IMG/VR virus record: IMGVR_UViG_3300020388_000003
Span: 1 to 49,158 of that record
Reading direction: 5' to 3' (one strand)
DNA: 49,158 bases
Origin: a virus
Taxonomy: Duplodnaviria; Caudoviricetes
Shown: in pieces, positions 1 through 9,881 of the stretch
Layout: each line of letters begins with the position of its first letter
How positions within the stretch are numbered: the stretch's first letter is position 1
The notes under the pieces: model-generated
Told to the model about the DNA's origin: nothing
The model's input: only the letters and a program-made list of their open reading frames with translations
The model's database searches: none
Translations under genes and position numbers: made by a program

Positions 1-77
1 AGGGTTACTATGCTCAATCGGACGGTGGTAGTAACTGGGGGTTACTGAGGTTTGGTGCCCACACTGCTGACGGCGGG
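1..77. repeat. Terminal 77-bp overlap identical to 49082-49158 (circular assembly overlap)
   Basis: Exact sequence match; an ORF reads through the join in frame. Confidence 0.97.
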
Positions 78-1439
78 TCTGTATTTAGTATCGACTCTAA
101 CACTTACATAGAGGCTAATCTAAAAGGAAAGTCTGTAAGCGTCCATAAGTTTGGAGCTAGGGGAGATAACTCAACGTCTGACTTATCTTCTATACAAGCA
201 GCAATAGATTACGTTAACGCCACCTCAAGTGCTGACACTAGGGGTAAGGTGTCTACCAACCAAGGCTCAGCTTATCTTGTAGATGGGGACTTGCAGTTGC
301 GTGATGTATGCCTCGACCTTTCGGGAAGTTACATATTTTTATCTGGCACTGCTAGTATACTGGCAGGTAATAGTAGTGCAATGAATGCAACTAACGCTAG
401 GGTGCTGTGCCTTTCTGGATACACTGGTACGGTTATCAAGAGGGATGCAAGCATTTCAGGCGTAGCTAATATACAGATGACAGGTAGACTGTTTATACAA
501 AGGCTTGGCACTATAGATACATCTGCGGCTATTGCTGTTGACATAACAGGCATGCACAGGTCTAAGATTGACATAGAAGCAAGAAACTTCAATAAGGGTG
601 TTTATGCCTACCCAACGTCATCAAGCTTACAAACCTACTATAACGACGTAAGTATTCGCGGCTCAAGCTTGTTTTATGGTATACATTTAGAGACGGACGC
701 ATTCGACATATGTAACGGGAATAACTTCCCTTATGTTTCTTTGGGGTCGGTTGAAAAAGGTATTTTCATAGAGGCTGCAACAGGTAAGGTTGGGCCAAGC
801 TCTAATAACTTTAAAATAGCTTACATAGAAAACATTGATGATATAGGCTTGCACATACTTGGTGACTGTAGGTATAACAATATAAACGGCGGACTAATCG
901 AAACCGTAAATGACGTTATAGGCATACACCTAGAGGGTGCTAGATTTAATACCATCGTAACTTCTGTAGCCCCTGCGTCTGTTGCCAAGGCATTCACTCA
1001 AACTAATGGCGAAGCAAATACACTGTTACTTAATAGATACGGAAACTGGCTGAATTGGTCTGAGGACGTTGGTCCAGGAGCGGATTACACTTCGGAAGCT
1101 GGTAATAGGGTGTATATTAAAGGGCTGCCAAACAATGAAGACTTGCTAGTTTTTGATACAGACACAAGTAATACTTTGACACTAGACTCTAGCACTAGAA
1201 CGGTGTGGCTTACTGGAACAGGTTCCTTAGACTTTATAGACGCTACAAACGCGTATGACATAGATGAGGTTGATTTTATAGGGTCTGGTACAGCCACAAT
1301 AACCGAGGCGGCCTCTGGCTCAAATAACATAAGGTTAAAAGACGGACTATCCGTTGCACCACCAAACAGGGGCATAATAACACTTAAGCTAGCAAAAGAC
1401 TACTCTGCGTCATGGCTCGAGAAGTCTAGGGGGTTTTAA
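1..1439 (+). CDS. Tailspike/depolymerase, 3' part (gene starts at 48412 and continues across the join; about 702 aa in total)
   Basis: Open frame from position 3 (GYYAQSDGGSNWG...FGARGDNSTSDLSSIQAAIDY, pectate-lyase-3-like beta-helix start) in frame with ORF 249..1439; Asn/Ile/Gly-rich beta-helix character. Confidence 0.8.
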   Translation, partial: GYYAQSDGGSNWGLLRFGAHTADGGSVFSIDSNTYIEANLKGKSVSVHKFGARGDNSTSDLSSIQAAIDYVNATSSADTRGKVSTNQGSAYLVDGDLQLRDVCLDLSGSYIFLSGTASILAGNSSAMNATNARVLCLSGYTGTVIKRDASISGVANIQMTGRLFIQRLGTIDTSAAIAVDITGMHRSKIDIEARNFNKGVYAYPTSSSLQTYYNDVSIRGSSLFYGIHLETDAFDICNGNNFPYVSLGSVEKGIFIEAATGKVGPSSNNFKIAYIENIDDIGLHILGDCRYNNINGGLIETVNDVIGIHLEGARFNTIVTSVAPASVAKAFTQTNGEANTLLLNRYGNWLNWSEDVGPGADYTSEAGNRVYIKGLPNNEDLLVFDTDTSNTLTLDSSTRTVWLTGTGSLDFIDATNAYDIDEVDFIGSGTATITEAASGSNNIRLKDGLSVAPPNRGIITLKLAKDYSASWLEKSRGF

Positions 1440-1527
1440 TCAACCTTCAGATAAGGGTTGTCTATCTACCCAAAGATTAGTGCTGTTTACAGGAGCACCA
1501 ATACTTAAAACTATTAAAAAGGTATAT

Positions 1528-2037
1528 ATGTCTTTTAAACCAAACAAGAACAAACTTAAGGACTCAGGAGGTAGGCCGCTTACACAGGGCCTCTTCTTAG
1601 AGGTTGGCTATAATTACGATACTGCGGTATACTCGTTAAAGGACGAAGACCACGAGACTGACGAGGGCAAGGTTTACCCAAGCCTTAAACGTCTCTACCT
1701 AGAGCTAGAAGACCCAACAGAATATGCTTTTGCTACTCAGTATTTGGCAGGTTGGGGGCAGTGGAAACGTATACTCAATAACAAAAATTTGCGAAAGCAT
1801 GTGGATGAGTGGCGGGAAGAGCTAGAGCTTAAACTACGTTCTCAAGCTGTCCAAGATATTATTCAAATGTCTGCTGATGAGAAAGGTTTCCAAGCTGCAC
1901 GTTGGTTAGCTGACCGAGGTTGGGAGAAGAAAGGTGCTGGTCGTCCTAAGAAGGATACGTCTGAGCATGACAGTAAGATGCAGAAGCGCTTAGAGGATGA
2001 GTTCTCAGCAGATATTGTACGACTAAGTAAGGTGTAA
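1528..2037 (+). CDS. terS: Terminase small subunit (probable)
   Basis: Directly upstream of TerL; C-terminal KGAGRPKK; ATG at 1528 preferred over the GTG at 1480. Confidence 0.7.
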   Translation: MSFKPNKNKLKDSGGRPLTQGLFLEVGYNYDTAVYSLKDEDHETDEGKVYPSLKRLYLELEDPTEYAFATQYLAGWGQWKRILNNKNLRKHVDEWREELELKLRSQAVQDIIQMSADEKGFQAARWLADRGWEKKGAGRPKKDTSEHDSKMQKRLEDEFSADIVRLSKV

Positions 2038-2039
2038 GT

Positions 2040-3641
2040 ATGGATGATTGGCTAAAGGAAGCTGAAAGAAAGTTAGCTAGGATGCCTAAAGAGGCTAAGG
2101 AAGTTAGGGAACGCTCCCTAGTTGACTTGGAGTTCTTTGCTAGGCTAGTTAACCCTGGCTATATGTATGGCTCAGTTCACAAAGATATATTTAGGTGGAT
2201 GCAAGAGTACAGCTTGTATGGCCAAGGTGGGGCACTGACTAATAACAAATTAATCATGCTTCCTCGTGCCCATCTAAAAAGTCACATGGTAGCTACTTGG
2301 TGTGCTTGGATTATAACTAAGCATCCAGAGGTTACTATGCTGTATGTATCAGCTACCGCTGAACTGGCAGAGACCCAGCTATATGCCATACAAAACATAT
2401 TAGGCAGCTCACTGTACCAACGTTTCTTCCCTGAATACATAAACCCTCAAGAAGGCAAGCGTGACAAGTGGACTTCTAAGAAGATTAACGTAGACCACCC
2501 TAAGAGAGCTAAAGAAGGCATACGTGATGCTACTGTAGCAACTGCTGGCCTAACTACCAATACAACTGGTTGGCACGCTGACATCGTTGTAGCGGATGAC
2601 TTAGTGGTTCCAGAGAATGCGTACACAGAGGATGGTCGTGAGGCTGTTAGTAAGAAGTCTTCTCAGTTCACCTCTATACGTAACTCAGGTGGTTTTACAA
2701 TGGCCTGTGGTACTCGCTACCACCCAACAGATATATACTACACTTGGAAGAATCAGGTGTATGATGTGTATGATGATGTGGGCATTAAGATTGACCAACA
2801 GAGTGTGTGGGAAGTTAAGGAATACGTTGTTGAGCAAGATAATATATTCACTTGGCCTCGTACTATCCGTGATGATGGGAAGGCATTTGGATTTGATATT
2901 CAAACCTTAGCGCGTATTAAGGCAGAGTATTCTGATAGGGTTCAATTCTATGCTCAGTATTATAATGACCCAAATGACCCAGGTTCAGAACGTATTAGTC
3001 GTGAGAAGTTCCAATACTACAATCCTCGTAAGCTAAAGAAGGAAGGTAGCAAGTGGTTCTATAATGATAAGAAGCTTAATGTTTATGCAGCAGTGGATTT
3101 TGCGTTCTCCTTGTCGAAGGCAGCCGACTTTACAGCTATCGTTGTAATAGGTGTTGACTCAGAAAGCAACTACTACGTACTAGATATTGACAGGTTTAAA
3201 ACTGACAAAACACTGGAATACTTTAAACACGTTCTAGCACTACACACCAAGTGGCGCTTCAACAAGCTCCGTGCTGAGGTTAGTGTTGCTCAGAAGGTGA
3301 TTGTAAACAGTATTAAGGAATATGCAAAGAGAGAGGGTCTGAGCCTGTCTGTGGATGAATACAGACCAACACGCTCAGAAGGTTCTAAAGAAGAACGTAT
3401 CGAAGCAGCCCTAGGTCACTTGTATGATAATTTACAGGTGTGGCATTTAGAAGGTGGCTGGACTTCAGTCTTAGAAGAAGAGCTAGTATTGGCCAGACCC
3501 TCTCACGATGATATTAAGGATGCTTTGGCATCAGCAGTAGCAATAGCAATAACACCAGCAACTAAACATGGCTCAGGTGTAGGCGACTTCTTTACACAAA
3601 CTCAGAACACACATCCACGCTTCGGCGGTATGAAATTCTAA
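2040..3641 (+). CDS. terL: Terminase large subunit
   Basis: Walker A-like LPRAHLKS, Walker B VVADD, GTRY coupling motif, nuclease motifs AVDFA and HDDIKDALA. Confidence 0.92.
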   Translation: MDDWLKEAERKLARMPKEAKEVRERSLVDLEFFARLVNPGYMYGSVHKDIFRWMQEYSLYGQGGALTNNKLIMLPRAHLKSHMVATWCAWIITKHPEVTMLYVSATAELAETQLYAIQNILGSSLYQRFFPEYINPQEGKRDKWTSKKINVDHPKRAKEGIRDATVATAGLTTNTTGWHADIVVADDLVVPENAYTEDGREAVSKKSSQFTSIRNSGGFTMACGTRYHPTDIYYTWKNQVYDVYDDVGIKIDQQSVWEVKEYVVEQDNIFTWPRTIRDDGKAFGFDIQTLARIKAEYSDRVQFYAQYYNDPNDPGSERISREKFQYYNPRKLKKEGSKWFYNDKKLNVYAAVDFAFSLSKAADFTAIVVIGVDSESNYYVLDIDRFKTDKTLEYFKHVLALHTKWRFNKLRAEVSVAQKVIVNSIKEYAKREGLSLSVDEYRPTRSEGSKEERIEAALGHLYDNLQVWHLEGGWTSVLEEELVLARPSHDDIKDALASAVAIAITPATKHGSGVGDFFTQTQNTHPRFGGMKF

Positions 3642-3650
3642 AGGAAATAT

Positions 3651-5441
3651 ATGTCAACTAAAGTAGCAGAAATCAGTTCACTTGTTAGCCGTGCAGACGG
3701 TGCAGCATGGGTGAGTAACCTATGGGACAAGTTTAATATGCAACGCAGGGATTGGATTGAGGAGAAGAAAGAACTTCGTAACTACGTCTTTGCAACTGAT
3801 ACCCGTTCAACAACTAACAGCACTTTGCCTTGGAAGAACTCAACAACCCTTCCTAAGCTTTGTCAGATACGAGACAACTTACACTCTAATTATATTACAG
3901 CATTGTTCCCTAATGAAAGCTGGCTACAGTGGGAGTCGTTCTCCCTAGATTCAGCTAGTCAAGAGAAGGCGGCTGTCATAGAGAACTACATGGCCATTAA
4001 GTGCCGTAGGAGTGGCTACAGGGCCGAAGTAAGTAAGATGCTATACGATTACATTGATTATGGTAATGCGTTCAGTACAGCTTCATTTGAGAGCCGTCAC
4101 AAGCTGTCTCCTATGGGCTTACGTCAAGTAGATTATGTAGGCCCAACGTCTCATCGTATCAGTCCTCTTGATATTATCTTTGACCCAACTGCTGAAAGCT
4201 TTGAAAAGAGCTTCAAGATTATACGCTCAATCAAGACAATAGGTGAGCTTATGCTTATGGCTGAGCAAGACCCTGACCAAGCTTTCTGGGCTGATGCCTT
4301 AGAGAAGCGTCTTGAAATTCAAAGCAAGATGGGCGGGTACTCTATTGAAGACTTTGATAAGGCGTTGGGTTATCAGGTGGATGGCTTTGGCTCTTATTAC
4401 GAATACTTACAATCAAACTACGTAGAGGTATTAGAGTTTTGGGGAGATTATTACAACCCTGAGACAGAAGGACTAGAGCAGAATCGTCTTGTAACGGTCG
4501 TAGACAGGTGTACTCTTGCTAGGAATAGTGAGATACCAACCTACTCAGGAAAAGCTCCTATACGTCACGTAGGGTGGCGATTAAGAGATGATAACCTGTG
4601 GGCTATGGGGCCTCTTGATAATCTTGTTGGTATGCAATACCGTATAGACCATTTGGAGAACCTTAAGGCTGATGCTGCTGACTTAATTGTACACCCACCT
4701 CTTAAGATTATTGGTGAGGTAGAACAGTTTGTATGGGGACCAGGAGAGGCTATCCACATTGATGAGAACGGTGACGTAGGTGAGGTGAGTAAAAGCCTTG
4801 CTGGTTTGATACAGGCCACTAACGACATATCAATGATAGAAGACAAGATGGAGTTGTATGCAGGTGCCCCTCGTGAAGCTATGGGTATCCGTAGTCCAGG
4901 TGAGAAGACAGCATTCGAGGTAGGACAACTACAAGCTGCTGCTGGACGTATCTTCCAAGAGAAGGTTAGTACGTTTGAGTTGAGGCTACTAGAACCTAAC
5001 CTAAACGACATGCTAGAACAAGCACACAGGAACATGAGTGACCCTGAGACGCTTTCTATCTTTGATGATGAGCTTGAGGTCAGAGTGTTCCAAGAAATCA
5101 CTAGGGACGACCTTGTGGGCGATGGTGTAATACACCCTGTTGGAGCTAGGCACTTTGCTGAGCAAGCCAAGTTTGTTCAGGAGATGACTAACCTAGCTAA
5201 TACAAATGTAATGCAACTACTTGCTCCTCACATATCTAGCAAGAACTTGGCCAAGGCTTTTGGTTCAGCACTTAATGTAGAGAAGCTAGGTATCTTTGAG
5301 CCTAACGTTGCTATACAAGAGCAGATGGAGACTGAGCGTCTTACAAGGGCTGCACAGGAACAGATGATAGCAGAGGAACAACAAACTCAACCAGACCTAA
5401 TGGGAGCGCCTGATGAAGGAAGTGATAACCAAGGGGCTTGA
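3651..5441 (+). CDS. Portal protein
   Basis: 596 aa directly after TerL; podoviral portal-like segments (YIDYGNAF, RISPLDIIFDP, GEKTAFEV). Confidence 0.88.
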   Translation: MSTKVAEISSLVSRADGAAWVSNLWDKFNMQRRDWIEEKKELRNYVFATDTRSTTNSTLPWKNSTTLPKLCQIRDNLHSNYITALFPNESWLQWESFSLDSASQEKAAVIENYMAIKCRRSGYRAEVSKMLYDYIDYGNAFSTASFESRHKLSPMGLRQVDYVGPTSHRISPLDIIFDPTAESFEKSFKIIRSIKTIGELMLMAEQDPDQAFWADALEKRLEIQSKMGGYSIEDFDKALGYQVDGFGSYYEYLQSNYVEVLEFWGDYYNPETEGLEQNRLVTVVDRCTLARNSEIPTYSGKAPIRHVGWRLRDDNLWAMGPLDNLVGMQYRIDHLENLKADAADLIVHPPLKIIGEVEQFVWGPGEAIHIDENGDVGEVSKSLAGLIQATNDISMIEDKMELYAGAPREAMGIRSPGEKTAFEVGQLQAAAGRIFQEKVSTFELRLLEPNLNDMLEQAHRNMSDPETLSIFDDELEVRVFQEITRDDLVGDGVIHPVGARHFAEQAKFVQEMTNLANTNVMQLLAPHISSKNLAKAFGSALNVEKLGIFEPNVAIQEQMETERLTRAAQEQMIAEEQQTQPDLMGAPDEGSDNQGA

Positions 5442-5652
5442 TACAGACGCAGCTAAAGAGATGGAGTTGGCCTTTCGGTCAGCTCTTCATCTTAGGAAAC
5501 GTCTAATAGATATTCTTGAAGATAAACAAAAGAAGAAAATTAACGCCTCTCTTAATGACAAGACCTATGATACGCAGAATTGGGCGTATAAACAAGCAGA
5601 TAGACAAGGATACGCTACAGCTATTAAGGATGTGTTAGCACTGTTAGAATAA
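5413..5652 (+). CDS. Small hypothetical protein between portal and scaffold
   Basis: 79-aa ORF overlapping the portal 3' end; position typical of this phage group. Confidence 0.65.
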   Translation: MKEVITKGLDTDAAKEMELAFRSALHLRKRLIDILEDKQKKKINASLNDKTYDTQNWAYKQADRQGYATAIKDVLALLE

Positions 5653-5676
5653 TTATTTTAAATTATTTTCATTTAT

Positions 5677-5706
5677 TTTTAGGAAAAACGCTAAAAAACT
5701 AGTATA
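5677..5706 (+). promoter_or_regulatory. Candidate phage-sigma (late) promoter, copy 1: TTTTAGGAAA-N15-GTATA
   Basis: Three copies with identical spacing (5677, 22973 on -, 45276); lies upstream of tRNAs, scaffold and capsid. Confidence 0.7.
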
Positions 5707-5857
5707 TATAAGTATATACATTAAATAATGAACGCAGTGAATATTTAATAAGATAGATAAGAAAATAAATTAGGGGTTGTCTAAGGAGTTCCTTAAGGTG
5801 TTCCTAATACTTATTCTTATTTCTCTTTATTACTTATTCATTAATGCGTATATATTT

Positions 5858-5946
5858 GGAAGGTAGGGCTTAGTGGTAAGCAACTGGTCTTGAAAACCAG
5901 CCCACCGTTAATAGCGGTGATGGTTCGACCCCATTACTTTCCTCCA
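5858..5946 (+). tRNA. tRNA-Ser (anticodon TGA)
   Basis: Acceptor GGAAGGT/ACTTTCC, anticodon arm CTGGT-CTTGAAA-ACCAG, long variable arm, GGTTCGA T-loop, encoded CCA. Confidence 0.92.
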
Positions 5947-5951
5947 AATTT

Positions 5952-6040
5952 GGAAGAGTGCAGAAATTGGTAGATTGAGCGGTTTGCTAAACCGTAGTCC
6001 TTAACAGGGCATGTGGGTTCGAGTCCCACCTCTTCCTCCA
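5952..6040 (+). tRNA. tRNA-Ser (anticodon GCT)
   Basis: Acceptor GGAAGAG/CTCTTCC, anticodon arm GCGGT-TTGCTAA-ACCGT, long variable arm, GGTTCGAGTCC, encoded CCA. Confidence 0.92.
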
Positions 6041-6063
6041 AATTAATACATCAAGGATAATAA

Positions 6064-6801
6064 ATGACAGACCAGTCTTTATTCACAGATAATCAAGAAA
6101 ACCCTCAGGTAACCCCTGAACAACAATCAAATCCTAGTTCTCCTGAAAACCCATTTGCTGACCAGCTTGGTAGTATCAGAAATGAAAAAGGTGAGCCTAA
6201 GTACAGTGATATTAACACAGCATTAGAAGCTTTGAAGCACTCGCAAGAATACATCCCTAAGCTCTCCCAGGAGAAGCAACAATTAGAGGAGCAGCTCAAT
6301 GAGCTACGAGCGAAGTTAGAAGCTAGCGAAAAGATTTCAGATGTACTTAGTCAAACCACACCAAAGGAAGAGGGCACACCAGCTACTCCTAACTTAGGTG
6401 AGGTAGATATTGAGAAGTTATTAGAAGAGAAGCTTGCAGCTCGTGAAGCAGCTAGTGCAGCTCAATCTAATGCGTCTCGTGTTAACCAAGAGCTTATGAC
6501 TCGTTTTGGCGCTAATGCTCAGGCAGAGGTACAGAAGGTTGCTTCTGAACTTGGCTTGTCAGCATCAGAGCTTGGTGAGATGGCTCAATCAAAACCTGAT
6601 GTGGTGTTACGACTGTTTGGTACTGGCGGTAATGTTAAGCCAACTGCCTCAGGCGCACGTCTACCACAACACACTACTGACGCTAACGAGATTAAGCCAC
6701 CAGAGAAGAGTTTACTTCGTGGTGCTTCTGGCCAAGAGCAAGCAGCTTACATGGCTAAGATTCGTGAGTCGATTTATAATCAGCATGGAATTACAGGATA
6801 A
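6064..6801 (+). CDS. Capsid scaffolding protein
   Basis: Acidic, coiled-coil, low-complexity N-terminus; directly upstream of the major capsid gene. Confidence 0.8.
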   Translation: MTDQSLFTDNQENPQVTPEQQSNPSSPENPFADQLGSIRNEKGEPKYSDINTALEALKHSQEYIPKLSQEKQQLEEQLNELRAKLEASEKISDVLSQTTPKEEGTPATPNLGEVDIEKLLEEKLAAREAASAAQSNASRVNQELMTRFGANAQAEVQKVASELGLSASELGEMAQSKPDVVLRLFGTGGNVKPTASGARLPQHTTDANEIKPPEKSLLRGASGQEQAAYMAKIRESIYNQHGITG

Positions 6802-6807
6802 TAATCA

Positions 6808-7749
6808 ATGCAACTAACAAGCAATACACGTTCATTTATTGAATCGGAAGTGTACAGTAAGTTCATCTTAATGAATTTACATGACGGCCTTTTACCAGGT
6901 ACGTTCTACCGTAATGTAGCAGACTTCGGTTCTGGTGAGACGTTACACATTAAAACAGTTGGCTCTGTAACTTTACAGGAAGCGGCTGAGGACACCCCAC
7001 TAGATTACAACCCAATTGAGTCTGGTGAGATTACAATGCGCATTACAGACTACACAGGTGATGCTTGGTATGTTACTGATGATCTTCGTGAAGACGGTAC
7101 TCAAGTGGACATGCTTATGTCAGCCCGTGCTACTGAGTCTACTCGTGCATTACAAGAGCATTTTGAGACACGCTTCTTAGCAACTGCTGAGGCTGCTCAA
7201 ACTGATGCAGATGCCAATTTAATTAATGGCTTCCCTCATCGTATTGCCTCTACAGAGACAAACAACATCTTTGCACTTAAGCACCTTATCGCTATGAAGC
7301 TTGCCTTCAACAAGGCTAATGTGCCAGCAGAGGGTCGTGTGTTTATCTGTGACAGTATTGTTGAGGCGGCTCTGTCTAACCTAGTGACTATCACACAAGA
7401 TGTTACTGAGTTTGGTCGTAAGATTATCGAGGGTGGTTTAGCATCTGGCCAACAGTTCATGATGCAGTTACACGGCTTCTCAATCATCACATCTAACCGC
7501 TTACCAACTGGTACGTTCTCAGATGGTACAACTTCGGTAACAGGTGCAGTAGCCAATATTGCTATGTGTATCTTAGATGACCAGTGTAAGCCAGTGATGG
7601 CAGCATGGCGTCGTATGCCTAAGGTTGAGGGCGAACGTAATAAAGACCGTGCCCGTGATGAGTTTGTTACTCGTAGTCGATTCGGCTTCGGTGTACAGCG
7701 TCGTGACACATTAGGTGTTATCATCACTTCTGCAACGTCTTACGAATAA
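6808..7749 (+). CDS. Major capsid protein
   Basis: 313 aa after the scaffold; PaP3/LUZ24-like capsid features (NTRSFIESEVYS, VPAEGRVFI, RFGFG); strongly biased codon usage. Confidence 0.88.
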   Translation: MQLTSNTRSFIESEVYSKFILMNLHDGLLPGTFYRNVADFGSGETLHIKTVGSVTLQEAAEDTPLDYNPIESGEITMRITDYTGDAWYVTDDLREDGTQVDMLMSARATESTRALQEHFETRFLATAEAAQTDADANLINGFPHRIASTETNNIFALKHLIAMKLAFNKANVPAEGRVFICDSIVEAALSNLVTITQDVTEFGRKIIEGGLASGQQFMMQLHGFSIITSNRLPTGTFSDGTTSVTGAVANIAMCILDDQCKPVMAAWRRMPKVEGERNKDRARDEFVTRSRFGFGVQRRDTLGVIITSATSYE

Positions 7750-7758
7750 GGATAAGAT

Positions 7759-8145
7759 ATGAGTTTTGAAACTTCGGCTTTTGGTGCTGGCGATGGTAGT
7801 AATGTTACTGCTGACGTAAGCAATCATTATGGTCAACGAGACATTGGAGGCACTTCTGGTGTCTCTCGTCAGACAGGTTACTACGAAGAGTATGTAATCA
7901 ATTTGGATTCGGATAGCCTAGACTTTCCATTCCCTATTGTAACTGGTGCGGTTGTTACTGAGGTTATCTCAGACTTTGCTACTGGTGCAATCACTACCTT
8001 AACGGTTGGTGGTGTAGACATCTCTGGTGCTGACGGTACTGCGCTTAACAACGTAGAACTGGCATCAACGAATACAGGTGCGGTTGTACTTGCTGGCCCT
8101 ACCGCTGGTAACGTGGTTATTCGCTACCTTAAGGCTCCTGCATAA
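7759..8145 (+). CDS. Virion structural protein (possible head decoration)
   Basis: Beta-rich 128 aa between the capsid gene and a terminator. Confidence 0.55.
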   Translation: MSFETSAFGAGDGSNVTADVSNHYGQRDIGGTSGVSRQTGYYEEYVINLDSDSLDFPFPIVTGAVVTEVISDFATGAITTLTVGGVDISGADGTALNNVELASTNTGAVVLAGPTAGNVVIRYLKAPA

Positions 8146-8160
8146 CAGGGGCTTTAGCTT

Positions 8161-8200
8161 AAAGGGCTGGTCGGTATTAATTTACTGGCTGGCCTTTTTT
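8161..8200 (+). terminator. Rho-independent terminator after the capsid operon
   Basis: GGGCTGGTCGGTA-loop-TACTGGCTGGCCT stem (with G-U pairs) followed by a T run. Confidence 0.75.
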
Positions 8201-8218
8201 ATTATGTGGAGATTATGA

Positions 8219-8908
8219 ATGGCGAATATACAACATAAAAATATTCCAGAGGCACAACTACACGAACCAAAAGGAACTTCCTCAGCAGCCTCAGGTACAG
8301 TTTATGTAGCCTCTGGCACAGGGACTGGTGAGTGGAAAAGTCCTGTTAGTGCTTTGGGTGTTGGGGTAGATGAAGGAAAGGTTCTTAGGTCTACGTCTGG
8401 TAACACTGCTGAGTGGGTGTATCCTCCTGAGGGATGGGGCTTTTACTTGCACAGTGGAACAGGTCAAGTATTTAATACAACAGCTTCTAAACTTATTATA
8501 GATGGGGCTGGTGCTGCTAGTGAGTCCTCTTACCTCCCTAGGGATATACGAGGGACTGGTACAGAGCTTTGGAGTACAGTAGACAATAAGATGCTCCCTA
8601 TTACAGAAGGAGACTTCTATCAGGTTCGTATAGACATTCCTGTGGAGAGTGAGACTGGGACTGTTACAGATATTACAGTTCAATTGGATATTGGTGGGGC
8701 AGCAACTCCTACAACAATTATTACAGAAGGTTATGAGATTGGTGGTAGGAGTACTCCCTACGTTGTTCGTTCCTCTTTCCCAGTGTTCTCAGGAAGCACG
8801 TTCCTGGCTAATGGTGGCCAAGTCTTTGTTAAGACTAATGCTGGTACAATTACTGTTGGTTCTCCTCAGATATTGATTGAGCGAACCAGTGGGGGTAGTT
8901 TCCTATGA
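8219..8908 (+). CDS. Virion structural protein (fibre/collar-like)
   Basis: N-terminal QLHEPKG motif and G/T/S-rich repeats; lies in the structural operon. Confidence 0.55.
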   Translation: MANIQHKNIPEAQLHEPKGTSSAASGTVYVASGTGTGEWKSPVSALGVGVDEGKVLRSTSGNTAEWVYPPEGWGFYLHSGTGQVFNTTASKLIIDGAGAASESSYLPRDIRGTGTELWSTVDNKMLPITEGDFYQVRIDIPVESETGTVTDITVQLDIGGAATPTTIITEGYEIGGRSTPYVVRSSFPVFSGSTFLANGGQVFVKTNAGTITVGSPQILIERTSGGSFL

Positions 8909-9696
8909 AGTTAACTCTCCTAGAGATTGCACAGGATATACTGAACGACTTAGACGGTGATGAAGTAAACAGCATTGATGATACGTTTGAGTCACAACAA
9001 GTAGCTCAAATTATTAAGACATGTTTCTTTGAGATGATGTCTAATAGGAATTGGCCTCATTTAAGGCGTTCTGTTAGTTTAGTTGCCTCAGGTAACACAG
9101 CTTACCCAACGCATATGTCTATTAGTGAAGATGTTAAAGAGCTTTGTTTTATTAATTACAATAAGGCAAAGGTTAGTGATACGAGGCGCATATACAGTCC
9201 TGTACGTTGGGCTGAGCCTGATGACTTCCTAAGGTTAACTAATAGACGTAATAGTGATATGGATGACGTAGATGTTATTCAAGACTACACTGGTGTAGAG
9301 CTTCTAATCCTTAATGACACAGCACCAACATATTTTACATCTTTTGATGACAAGAATTTAGTGTTTGATGCGTACGACAAGGAAGTGGATAACACACTAC
9401 AACAGTCTAAAGTTCAGGCACAGGCTTATGTAATGCCAGAGTGGGAGACGTCTGATGATTTTATTCCAGACCTGCCTTCTGAGGCGTTCTCTGCTCTTGT
9501 AGAGGAAGCTAAGCGTACGGCAATGTTTAAGCTTAAGCAAGTGGTGGATAGTGTAGCTAACTTAAAGGCTGACAGACAACAACGGTGGCTTTCTCGTAAG
9601 GCGTGGGCTGTGGATGGTGGTATTAGGTATCCAAACTACGGTCGCAGTGTTAGGGGTGGTTACAGAGACAGTACATTCAAGAGGGATAAGTATTGA
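8905..9696 (+). CDS. Tail tubular protein A / adaptor (T7 gp11-like)
   Basis: N-terminal TLLEIAQDIL...EVNSIDDT pattern; size and position. Confidence 0.7.
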   Translation: MKLTLLEIAQDILNDLDGDEVNSIDDTFESQQVAQIIKTCFFEMMSNRNWPHLRRSVSLVASGNTAYPTHMSISEDVKELCFINYNKAKVSDTRRIYSPVRWAEPDDFLRLTNRRNSDMDDVDVIQDYTGVELLILNDTAPTYFTSFDDKNLVFDAYDKEVDNTLQQSKVQAQAYVMPEWETSDDFIPDLPSEAFSALVEEAKRTAMFKLKQVVDSVANLKADRQQRWLSRKAWAVDGGIRYPNYGRSVRGGYRDSTFKRDKY

Positions 9697-9881
9697 AACA
9701 ACATGAAGGGTTTAACCTAGAACATGATGGCACTATGGGAATGATTAGTGTCAAAGCACAAGGTAGAGGTTCTGTTCCTGTGGTATTGCGTGGGGACTAC
9801 ACCTCCTACACACAAGCTAAGAAAGCTATAGACCAATACCTAACGGAGAAGAAACCCAATGGCAAGGCAAAATCAAACTAG
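9693..9881 (+). CDS. Small hypothetical protein
   Basis: 62-aa ORF coupled to both neighbours. Confidence 0.55.
   Translation: MKQHEGFNLEHDGTMGMISVKAQGRGSVPVVLRGDYTSYTQAKKAIDQYLTEKKPNGKAKSN

Noticed and set aside
4565-5170. Long antisense ORFs such as 4565..5170, 7236..7727 and 13784..14200
   Set aside because: They are shadows of well-supported genes on the opposite strand, explained by codon bias
7747-7759. Capsid stop-codon read-through into the next in-frame gene
   Set aside because: A second in-frame TAA follows, and the downstream gene has its own RBS and ATG
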